Positions 1 to 9,078 of a DNA stretch of 64,000 nucleotides are shown here, piece after piece. The translations under genes and the position numbers were made by a program. The notes beneath the pieces were generated by a model. The model ran no database searches. It had not been told where the DNA came from and saw only the letters and a list, made by a program, of their open reading frames with translations. Positions within the stretch are counted from its first letter, which is position 1, and every line of letters begins with the position of its first letter. The DNA is from Clostridia bacterium (GTDB lineage: Bacteria > Bacillota > Clostridia > Christensenellales > UBA1242): NCBI GenBank assembly GCA_016297915.1, contig JAEDFU010000006.1:3618-67617 (forward strand), read 5' to 3'.

Positions 1-1
1 A

Positions 2-577
<576 letters not shown>

Positions 578-742
578 GTTACAAAAATAGATAATTTTTG
601 ATATTTTTTTGTTTGTTTTTTGAAAACATATTTGATATAATTATAATGTTTAAAAAATTAACATGAATATATTTTTGAAATCATTTATAACATTTGTGAT
701 TCTTACTATATTCAAATAAATCATTTTTAGAAGGAGAAAAAT

Positions 743-1228
743 ATGAACTTATTACTATCCGCTTTTGGCGATTGGATGGCAAAAAACTGGATGATTTTGG
801 TTCTAATTGTTCTTGCAATTGCACTTTTGGTTCCAACATATCTAAGACAAAAAAAGGAAGTTAATGCTAGAAACGAACTAAACAACACTATCAAAAAAGG
901 TACTAAGATTATCACAACTGCTGGTGTTTATGGTGTAGTTGAAAGTATCGAGGATACTACAGACGGCAAGGTTGTTACAATTGTTACTGGAAACACAAAA
1001 AATCCTACAACAATGACTATTCACATCAATGCAATCGGTGGAATTGATAACAAGACTCCAGTTGTTGCTGACAAAACTGAGCCTGAAACAAAGGTAGAAA
1101 AACTAGAAAAAGTTGAAAAAGCAGAAGTTGCAGAAGAGCCTAAGGCTGAAAAAGAGCCTGAAACTCAAGAAAAAACTAAAGCTAAAAAACCTGCTACCAA
1201 AAAGACTACAAAAAAATCTACAAAGTAA
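743..1228 (+). CDS. yajC: preprotein translocase subunit YajC with a ~55-aa Lys/Glu/Thr-rich C-terminal extension
   Basis: GGAG RBS 8 nt upstream. Single N-terminal TM followed by the YajC core (RQKKE...IKKGTKIITTAGVYGVVESI). Sits next to tgt and secDF as in many Firmicutes. Confidence 0.88.
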   Translation: MNLLLSAFGDWMAKNWMILVLIVLAIALLVPTYLRQKKEVNARNELNNTIKKGTKIITTAGVYGVVESIEDTTDGKVVTIVTGNTKNPTTMTIHINAIGGIDNKTPVVADKTEPETKVEKLEKVEKAEVAEEPKAEKEPETQEKTKAKKPATKKTTKKSTK

Positions 1229-1237
1229 TCAAAAATT

Positions 1238-1267
1238 GACTTACATATCTGTAAGTCTTTTTTTTTG
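1238..1267 (+). terminator. rho-independent terminator after yajC
   Basis: GACTTACA-tatc-TGTAAGTC perfect 8-bp stem followed by T10. Confidence 0.8.
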
Positions 1268-1466
1268 TACTACACAAGAGGCAAATAGTATTAAAAATGT
1301 GTTTGGTTACATGTGATATAAAGATTGCTAGGGCCATTTGCCTAATTTTGATACTCTTAACTTAAGAGGTTGTTACTAGGGGTTGTGTATTATTTTTGTT
1401 TGTAAGTAATATTTTTCAAACTATGCTCATATATTTTGATAACATTAATTACAAAAAGGAATTTAT

Positions 1467-1850
1467 GTGAGTATGGATACTACAAAAAAGAATGGTTTTT
1501 TAGGTTATTTAAAGGGTGCTTTGACTGCAGTCTCGGCAACTTTGATTATGATTTTGCTCTTTGCGGTGATTGTAAGATTTTTTAATATTTCTGACAGTTG
1601 GATCTTTCCAATTAATCAAGTAATCAAAGTTATAAGTTTGATTTTGGGAATTTGGATTATGCTCAAGGACAAACAAAAAGGCTTTGCTAAAGGGTTAATT
1701 TTGGGACTTGTTTACTTTGTTTTGAGTTTTGCAATATTTAGTATTTTGCAGGGCAAATTTTCGGTTTCTATCAAAAATTTGTATGATTTGATTTTGACTA
1801 CTCTTATGGGTGGGCTAATTGGTATAATTCTTGTTAATATCAAAAAGTAA
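1467..1850 (+). CDS. small 4-TM integral membrane protein of unknown function (YrzE/TIGR04086-like by position and topology)
   Basis: 127-aa ORF with four hydrophobic segments. Weak AAAGGA RBS. GTG start at 1467 or ATG at 1473. Confidence 0.6.
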   Translation: MSMDTTKKNGFLGYLKGALTAVSATLIMILLFAVIVRFFNISDSWIFPINQVIKVISLILGIWIMLKDKQKGFAKGLILGLVYFVLSFAIFSILQGKFSVSIKNLYDLILTTLMGGLIGIILVNIKK

Positions 1851-1934
1851 TTTGGTGTCTCATGGAAAAACAATTTCTGTGAGATTTTTTTTGTCTTAAA
1901 TATTAGAAAAATCCCAAAATTATCCATAAATGAA

Positions 1935-1964
1935 TTGACTTGTTTTTGAAATTTATTGTATAAT
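1935..1964 (+). promoter_or_regulatory. sigma-A type promoter upstream of secD (TTGACT - 18 nt - TATAAT)
   Basis: TTGACT at 1935-1940 and TATAAT at 1959-1964. Implies a ~180-nt leader before the secD ATG. Confidence 0.55.
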
Positions 1965-2151
1965 CATGTGTAATTAATTGTGTGTTTTTGTAAAAGTTCA
2001 CAACTTAATTGAATGTTTTTGTTTTTGAAAGACAAAGACAAATTAATTGTGTTTGCAGTTTTTGAAAAAATAGACACAAAACAATGTCTTGAATTTGAAA
2101 ACTTGGCAAAAATTAATTATAAAATATTAACTAAATTTTTTGGAGCAATAA

Positions 2152-3438
2152 ATGAAGAAAAAAAGAGCAATTAGAAATTATGTACTAATTAGTATTTTTA
2201 TTGTTTTAAGTTTGATTTTGACATTTATCTCTTTCCCAGTTCCAGGAACTAATTACAATTACTTGGGTATTGGTAATTTGCATTTGGGTCTTGAACTCGG
2301 TGGTGGTGTCAAAAATACTTATGACTTGGAAGTTGCCGATTGGTATACTGGAAACAAGACAGAAGTTTACAATAAGACAGTAGATAGAATTCAATACTTA
2401 CTTAATCTTAAATATGCTGATGCCAAGGTTTATTTGAGTGGCGAGGACAAAATTACTTTGGAAGTGCCTGACACAAGTATCAATAGTAATTTGCTTGTTG
2501 GATTAATTGAGATGAAGAGTGCATCAGGCAAGGACGCTGAGGCCAAGGTTACTGGACAAGATATTGCCAGTGTCAAATATATGCTAAGTGGAACAACACA
2601 CGGTGTTTATATTGAGTTTACCGAAAAAGGCAAAGAAAAGTTTGCAGCACTCACCAAGGAAGTAGCAAGTTCGGATAGTCAGACTATGTACATCTACATG
2701 AACAAAGACTATGACAATGCTTTTTCTGAACCAAAAGTTACTGAGGAAAATAAGTACGGCTATACATTTATATCCGGAACAGGCATCACTAACAAAAAGA
2801 CTGGTGAGGACTATGCACGAAAATTAGAGAGCGCGCTTATTGGTGTAAATATGACCACCGAGCTTGATACTTTAGAAATCAAAGGCGCTTACGGTGAGGC
2901 TACAAAGATAGCAATCTATGTAACTACTTGTGTTATGATAGTTGCATGCATTGTTATTGGCTGTATTCTATTTAGAGAGTTAGGTCTAGTATCAATGCTT
3001 TCGTATATATTCGCTTTGATGATTAGCGTAATTATTTCGGCTATTTGTGACATGCAAGTTACTGTTGCTGGCTGGATTGGATTTATGCTTGGATTCTTTG
3101 TAAACTATATGCTTCACTTGTACTATCTAAGATGTATTCGCAAGCAATATGCTATGGGCAAAAAATTTGCTATATCATTTAGCTCTGGCTACAAACCAGC
3201 GTTATTCAATATGCTTGAGACTTTGCTAATAATTACTGGTGTGGCTTTGCTTATGTTGATTGTTCCAAGTAGTGCAATTAGGATAATGACTCTCAACTTT
3301 ATAATCACCATTCCTGCTACAGCATTTACTAGTTTGTTTATTCACAAAGTTGTTGCTCTTGATTATACGGCGTTTAATTTCAAAAACGAAAAGAAAGTCA
3401 ACTTTACAAGGGAGGATGAGATTGATGAAGTCGAATAA
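2152..3438 (+). CDS. secD: protein translocase subunit SecD
   Basis: GGAG RBS. N-terminal TM, then LGLELGGG (the SecD LGLDLxGG motif), a periplasmic domain and a C-terminal 5-TM bundle. Immediately followed by secF. Confidence 0.85.
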   Translation: MKKKRAIRNYVLISIFIVLSLILTFISFPVPGTNYNYLGIGNLHLGLELGGGVKNTYDLEVADWYTGNKTEVYNKTVDRIQYLLNLKYADAKVYLSGEDKITLEVPDTSINSNLLVGLIEMKSASGKDAEAKVTGQDIASVKYMLSGTTHGVYIEFTEKGKEKFAALTKEVASSDSQTMYIYMNKDYDNAFSEPKVTEENKYGYTFISGTGITNKKTGEDYARKLESALIGVNMTTELDTLEIKGAYGEATKIAIYVTTCVMIVACIVIGCILFRELGLVSMLSYIFALMISVIISAICDMQVTVAGWIGFMLGFFVNYMLHLYYLRCIRKQYAMGKKFAISFSSGYKPALFNMLETLLIITGVALLMLIVPSSAIRIMTLNFIITIPATAFTSLFIHKVVALDYTAFNFKNEKKVNFTREDEIDEVE

Positions 3439-4444
3439 TAGAGCTGATTTTATTGGCAAATTCAAATTTTGGATGCTTATCCCAATTGTAATTATGGTTG
3501 TCGCTATCGTATTTGGCTTTGTATTTGGACTAAATTACGATTATGACTTCAGAAATGTTAGCACATTTGATGTTAAATTTAATACGACTGTAACTCAAGA
3601 CGAGTACAAAGAACTTACTACTCAACTCAAAGGTTTGGTCAAAACCGAGTTTTCGGATTATCGAATTGAGAAAATTGGTGAGGGTGCGCAAAACGGCTTG
3701 CTTGTCAAAATCGCTAACGACAATGGCGATTATGATACAGCAATTGACGAGCTTAAGACTACTATTGAGAGTAGTTTGATTGTTAATTGTGGTGACAAAA
3801 TTACAAGTCCTATAACAATTACAACAACCGAGACTACAACAATACTTCCAAAAAATGCATCTTCGCTTATTGGATTTTCAGCACTTGCGATTGCTTGTAT
3901 AATGCTATTTGTATTTATTTATTATGCAATTCGATATAATATGATAGCAAGTTTGTCAATTGTATTGACAACTCTTTTGGAAATTGCTATGCTAGTCTCT
4001 GTAATGATAGTGGCTAGAGTACCATTTAATTGCTATTTTGTTATTTCATTCTTCGTCATGACCTTATGTTCTATTTTGATTTCAACATATATAAATAATT
4101 ACATTAGGTCGAACTTAAATGTCGAAAAATATAGCAAATATAGTAATGCTGATAGAGTTTATGATGCGTTTAGACGCACAATAAAACCTATAATAATTTT
4201 TGTTGCACTTGTAAGTTTATCTTTGTTTGCAATAATGTTCTTTGGTGATTTGACTCTTATTTATACTATGATATCTATTATACTTGGTTTGATAGTAGCA
4301 ATGTTCGTAGTATACTTCTTTGAGTTTAGTGTTTGGTCTTTTTGGTACAAAAAAGACAAAGATGCAACTCTTAGAAGAAAAATTGAAAATGATAAGAAAA
4401 AAGCAAATCAAGCAAACAAAACAGACGATAAAATTGTTGTGTAA
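3416..4444 (+). CDS. secF: protein translocase subunit SecF
   Basis: Overlaps the secD stop. The GGAGG at 3411-3415 abuts the ATG at 3416 and is better spaced for the ATG at 3425 (MKSNNRADFIGKFKFW), so 3425 may be the true start. One TM, a periplasmic domain, then a 5-TM bundle. The track start at 3350 lies inside secD and is unlikely. Confidence 0.82.
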   Translation: MRLMKSNNRADFIGKFKFWMLIPIVIMVVAIVFGFVFGLNYDYDFRNVSTFDVKFNTTVTQDEYKELTTQLKGLVKTEFSDYRIEKIGEGAQNGLLVKIANDNGDYDTAIDELKTTIESSLIVNCGDKITSPITITTTETTTILPKNASSLIGFSALAIACIMLFVFIYYAIRYNMIASLSIVLTTLLEIAMLVSVMIVARVPFNCYFVISFFVMTLCSILISTYINNYIRSNLNVEKYSKYSNADRVYDAFRRTIKPIIIFVALVSLSLFAIMFFGDLTLIYTMISIILGLIVAMFVVYFFEFSVWSFWYKKDKDATLRRKIENDKKKANQANKTDDKIVV

Positions 4445-4451
4445 TCATAAA

Positions 4452-4481
4452 AAAAGCCCTTTGTTACCAAAGGGCTTTTTG
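4452..4481 (+). terminator. rho-independent terminator after secF
   Basis: AGCCCTTTG-ttac-CAAAGGGCT stem followed by a T-run. Confidence 0.8.
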
Positions 4482-4510
4482 GTATTTTGCCCAAAGTAAA
4501 AGGTAAAATT

Positions 4511-6889
4511 ATGGAATTTGTAAGTAAAATAGATAATACACAATTTAATACAAAAGAATTAGAGAGAGCTAGCGAAAAGTTTGGTCTTTGTCAGGATGTA
4601 ATCAAATTGCTCTTTGCAAGAGGTGTTGATACTAACGAAAAAATAGATAAATATCTAAATAGTGGTGTATCCAGCCTATATAATCCATTTTTGCTCAAAA
4701 ACATGCAAGAAGTAGTCGAAAAAATTAAATTACATATTCTTGCTCGCAAGCGTATTTTGATTATGGGTGACTACGATACTGATGGCATTAGTGCGTCGGC
4801 AATTCTCTACAAATATTTTGAGAGTATTGGCGTTGAGACAAATGTCTTTTTGCCAAACAGAGTGGTTGACGGATATGGCCTAACCAAAGATAGTCTTGAC
4901 AAGGTTAAGGCTATGTTTAGTCCTGACCTTATTATCACTGTTGACTGTGGAATCACATGTGTCGAAGAGGTTGAGTATTGCAAGACTCTAGGCATTGATA
5001 TAATTGTAACTGACCACCATGATATTCCAAGTGTTTTGCCAGATACCCTTATCATTGATCCTAAGCTTGACGGACAATTATATCCATTCAAAGAACTTTG
5101 TGGAGCAGGTGTAGCTCTCAAACTTGTTCATGCGCTTGGTGGACTCAGTGAAGCCTTGAAATATACAACTATTGCGACCCTTGCTACAGTTGCGGATATT
5201 GTTCCTCTTATGGACGAAAACCGAGCAATTGTCAAACTTGGACTCGAAAACCAAAAAAGTCAAATGCCTAAGGGACTCAAAAAACTCTGTTCTGAGTTAA
5301 AAATCTCTCTTCCACTTAGTAGCACTGATATAAGTTTTAAGCTAGCACCTAAGATTAATGCAACTGGCAGAATGGGCGACGCTATGATATCGTTTAATTT
5401 GTATGTAAAACAAAGTGACCAAGAAATCAAGGAAAACATTGACTTGCTCCTCTCACTTAATGATAAGAGAGTTGTTGAGACCAACAAAATCTTTGACTCT
5501 GCATGTGAAATGCTTGAGGACACAAATGTTTCAAGACTTGGCATGATAGTTTTGTACAATGAAAACTGGGAGAGTGGAGTGCTTGGGATAATTTGCTCCA
5601 AGCTTGTCGAAAGATACAACAAACCAGTATGTTTGCTTAGTGTCGTTGACGGCGAATTCAAGGGCTCGTGTAGGAGTATTCCCGGTGTAAATATCTTTGA
5701 TGCCTTGACATCGGTTAGTGATTTGCTTATAAGATTTGGTGGACATAATCAAGCAGGTGGTTTGTCTATTGAGCGAAAAAATCTCAAAGAGTTTAGAAAG
5801 CGGATTAATGAGTATGTTTTGACACACACTAACGAAGCCGATTTGTTAACAAAAAAGTACTATGATTTGGATATATCCAATATTGAGATAACTTCGGAAT
5901 TCCTACATCAATTAGAGATATTTGAACCTTGTGGGTTCAAAAACGAAAAACCAATGTTTAGACTTGCTATAACAGATAATAATGTTTCTCGAATGTCAAA
6001 TTTTACACAACACCTCAAAATCAAACAAGGCAATCTTAATCTTATTGGCTTTGGCAAAGGACAATATTATTATAATCTTAGTGTTAATTGTCCTAAGGAA
6101 GTAATAATCGAATTAACCCTAGAAAAATACGCAAATAAGGAAAAAATTACTGGATTTATAAGACACATTAATTACTCAAAACTTAGTACTGCAACCAAGA
6201 GCGAGATTATATCTGCACATTATCTAAGTCAACTTAAATATATTCAATGCAAAAATGAGTTCAAAAATGTCAAACAGTTGACTTTTGAAAATGCTATCAA
6301 ACGCATCAAGGATTTGACACAAAAATCTATGTTTGGCAATGTTGTTTTGATTTATGATATGGATATGTACTTTAAGGCAACTAAGCTTATTCCTAACATA
6401 AAAAATTACGAACTTTTTGATATTCACAATGCATGTGGCGAAAATACTTTTGTTTTTTCACCAAATAGTGATATAAATTTAAAGGACTACAATAATATTT
6501 TTATACTAGATAACTATCTAGTAGAGGGATATTTGTCTAGTATTTCAACCAAATTTAACAAAATTTACACATTGAATAACAAAATAAATATGGATATGTT
6601 CAAGGGCATTGATGTAGACAGAAATGCATTTGCCAAAAACATGCTCGCTATCAAAGCATACAAAAATGCAACTCCTATGCCAGACCTTATAACATATTTT
6701 AATAATCTTAAGAGACATAATTTTATAGACAAAAATGCAAAATACAATGAGTTTTACTTTTTTATGCTTGTTATGGAAGAACTTGGAATTTGCAAATTTC
6801 AAGACGGACTTGTATCAATAAGCAATATAAAAAGCAATTTGGAAAACTCGAGTATATATAATTTTGTAAGTCAAATTTTAAAGATGTAG
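4511..6889 (+). CDS. recJ: single-stranded-DNA-specific exonuclease RecJ
   Basis: DHH family motifs (ILIMGDYDTDGISA, DCG, IIVTDHH, GGHNQAGG). ATG at 4511 is preferred over the TTG at 4487, which overlaps the secF terminator. Confidence 0.9.
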   Translation: MEFVSKIDNTQFNTKELERASEKFGLCQDVIKLLFARGVDTNEKIDKYLNSGVSSLYNPFLLKNMQEVVEKIKLHILARKRILIMGDYDTDGISASAILYKYFESIGVETNVFLPNRVVDGYGLTKDSLDKVKAMFSPDLIITVDCGITCVEEVEYCKTLGIDIIVTDHHDIPSVLPDTLIIDPKLDGQLYPFKELCGAGVALKLVHALGGLSEALKYTTIATLATVADIVPLMDENRAIVKLGLENQKSQMPKGLKKLCSELKISLPLSSTDISFKLAPKINATGRMGDAMISFNLYVKQSDQEIKENIDLLLSLNDKRVVETNKIFDSACEMLEDTNVSRLGMIVLYNENWESGVLGIICSKLVERYNKPVCLLSVVDGEFKGSCRSIPGVNIFDALTSVSDLLIRFGGHNQAGGLSIERKNLKEFRKRINEYVLTHTNEADLLTKKYYDLDISNIEITSEFLHQLEIFEPCGFKNEKPMFRLAITDNNVSRMSNFTQHLKIKQGNLNLIGFGKGQYYYNLSVNCPKEVIIELTLEKYANKEKITGFIRHINYSKLSTATKSEIISAHYLSQLKYIQCKNEFKNVKQLTFENAIKRIKDLTQKSMFGNVVLIYDMDMYFKATKLIPNIKNYELFDIHNACGENTFVFSPNSDINLKDYNNIFILDNYLVEGYLSSISTKFNKIYTLNNKINMDMFKGIDVDRNAFAKNMLAIKAYKNATPMPDLITYFNNLKRHNFIDKNAKYNEFYFFMLVMEELGICKFQDGLVSISNIKSNLENSSIYNFVSQILKM

Positions 6890-6900
6890 AGGAGAAAACA

Positions 6901-9078
6901 ATGTCAGAATTCTTGAGTCTAGTCAAAAAAAATTACGATGAAAATAGTAGCAAAAAAATTATTGATGCATATGAATTTTTGAAAAAATCATACTGTGTAA
7001 GTGGACTATACACACTACAATTTGCCGAGAAAATAGGCGAAAATATCATGGCTCAAAAGCTTGATTATGAGTCAGTCATAATCGGACTTTTGTATCCAAT
7101 TTACAAGATTAACAATTCCTTTTCGAGTGATTTTTTTGATAAGGATATCAAGAATATTTTTGTAAGACTCGAAAAAATTGAAAACCTTAATTTGTCTACT
7201 CATCAGGATCAACTTGAAAATATCAAAAAGATGTTTATAGCCCTTGCTAAGGATGTAAGAGTAATTATTATCAAGCTTTGTATAGAGGAATCTAAGCTTA
7301 GTTTTTTGGATAAATTTGATGAAATAGAACTTGCAAAATACATGCAGGAAGTAACTGATGTGTATTTCCCAATAAGCCAGATGATTGGTCTTAGCCAAAT
7401 CAAAAATGCGTTTGGTAATGCAACATTTAAGTATTTTAAGCCACAAATGTACAATGAACTTGTAAGTACTCTTAGCAAGTATGTTGAAGAGCGAAATGCA
7501 CAAATCAAAAAAGTTATAAGCAAACTTAAGGTCGAAATGCATGCCGTTTGTCCAAATGTGGTTGTGTATGGCAGACAAAAACAACTATATAGTATTGCCA
7601 AAAAGTTACAAAGCAAAAACATGGGTGTAAGTTCCATAAATGATATTTATGGCAGAAACAATTATCTAAAAGAAATCGCAGAAAAAGGCGATTTTAGAAA
7701 GAACCGACTTAATCAAATTATGGATATCTTGGCTGTAAGAATTCTAGTTGATACCGTTGATGAGTGTTATACTGCTCTTGGCAAAGTATTTACATTATTT
7801 AAGCCACTTGGAAACTTTAAGGACTATATCGCAAATCCAAAGGAAAATGGTTATCAGTCGTTGCACACAGCGGTTGTTTTGGAAAACGGCGACCCAGTAG
7901 AAATCCAAATAAGAACCTTTGAGATGCATACTTACGCCGAGTATGGTTTTGCTGCACACTGGGCGTATAAGGAACGCAAAAAAGTCGATGAAAGTGGAGT
8001 TAAGATTAACTACATCAGATCCATTATGGATTTGCATAAGGAAAAGTCTAACGACGAACTTCTCGAACTTATGAAAACCGATGTGTATTCTGGCAAAATA
8101 TTTGTTCAATCACCAATGGGCAAAATACTAGATTTTCCAGAAGGTGCAACACCTGTGGACTTTGCTTATGCAATTCATAGCAAAATAGGAGACTCATGTG
8201 TTGGAGCTAAGATTAATGGCAGAATGGTGCCATTGACCACGCAAATGAACAATGGTGATACAATTGAAATAATAACCAATCCAAACGCCAAAGGACCATC
8301 GAGAGATTGGCTCAAAATTGTCAAAACCAATGGTGCTAAGTCCAAGATAAACGCCTTTTTCAAAAAAGAAATGAAAGAAGAGAATATCAAAAAAGGCAAG
8401 AGTATTTTGGAATCAAATGCCAAACTTAAAAATTTGAATTTGAGCAAACTTATGCAAGACAAATACTTGGACGAAGTATATGACAAGTATAGTTTTCAGA
8501 GCATGGATGATATGTATGCATCAATTGGTTACGGCGGAATAACCGCAAATCAAATTTTGAATAAACTCAATACTCTATATAAGTCCGACTGCAAACAAAA
8601 CGAAACAAAAGAATTTTCTTTGAGTGATTACAAAAATGACGGAGAAATCGAAGTCAAAGGATTTTCGAATTTGCTTACTAAGATTGCAAAATGTTGCAAT
8701 CCTTTGCCAGGTGATGAGATTATTGGATATATCTCTCGTGGCAACGGAATTACTATTCACCGCAAAGACTGCGAAGCAGTCAAAAATCTCGAATTTGAGC
8801 GACTTATTGAATGTTCTTGGCACAAAAATGATGATAGGGACTTTGTGGGTTCAATCACGATGTATGCTTTAGATACCAATGGCATGATTGCTGAACTTAC
8901 CAAAAAATTAAATGACGAAAAAGTAAATCTAGTTGGGCTCGTTGCCAAAAAGAGAGAAAATAACAAGGTTTTGGTTACTATCCAAATAAATATCAAAGAC
9001 AAACTTGAACTAGATAATTTAATCAATAAATTAAAACAACTATCCTTTGCAATAGATGTTTACAGGACGGCACAATGA
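6901..9078 (+). CDS. relA: long RelA/SpoT-homologue (p)ppGpp synthetase with an apparently degenerate HD hydrolase domain, plus TGS and ACT domains
   Basis: Synthetase motifs are intact (YGRQKQLYSIAKKL, DILAVRILV, YQSLHT, EIQIRTFEMHTYAEYGFAAHWAYK). TGS segment (DFAYAIHSKIG...GDTIEIIT) and a C-terminal ACT-like segment are present. The HD signature positions are substituted (see finding). Confidence 0.9.
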   Translation: MSEFLSLVKKNYDENSSKKIIDAYEFLKKSYCVSGLYTLQFAEKIGENIMAQKLDYESVIIGLLYPIYKINNSFSSDFFDKDIKNIFVRLEKIENLNLSTHQDQLENIKKMFIALAKDVRVIIIKLCIEESKLSFLDKFDEIELAKYMQEVTDVYFPISQMIGLSQIKNAFGNATFKYFKPQMYNELVSTLSKYVEERNAQIKKVISKLKVEMHAVCPNVVVYGRQKQLYSIAKKLQSKNMGVSSINDIYGRNNYLKEIAEKGDFRKNRLNQIMDILAVRILVDTVDECYTALGKVFTLFKPLGNFKDYIANPKENGYQSLHTAVVLENGDPVEIQIRTFEMHTYAEYGFAAHWAYKERKKVDESGVKINYIRSIMDLHKEKSNDELLELMKTDVYSGKIFVQSPMGKILDFPEGATPVDFAYAIHSKIGDSCVGAKINGRMVPLTTQMNNGDTIEIITNPNAKGPSRDWLKIVKTNGAKSKINAFFKKEMKEENIKKGKSILESNAKLKNLNLSKLMQDKYLDEVYDKYSFQSMDDMYASIGYGGITANQILNKLNTLYKSDCKQNETKEFSLSDYKNDGEIEVKGFSNLLTKIAKCCNPLPGDEIIGYISRGNGITIHRKDCEAVKNLEFERLIECSWHKNDDRDFVGSITMYALDTNGMIAELTKKLNDEKVNLVGLVAKKRENNKVLVTIQINIKDKLELDNLINKLKQLSFAIDVYRTAQ

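Noticed and set aside
1320-1385. Two CTAGGG elements (GCTAGGGCC, ACTAGGGGTT) and a CTCTTAAcTTAAGAG palindrome upstream of the small 4-TM protein. These raised the idea of a ykkC/guanidine-type riboswitch controlling an SMR-like exporter.
   Set aside because: The rest of the ykkC consensus (GGUCCGAGAG and the ACACGGCGGGA-type elements) is absent. The downstream protein lacks the conserved membrane-embedded Glu of SMR/Gdx proteins. Support is insufficient.
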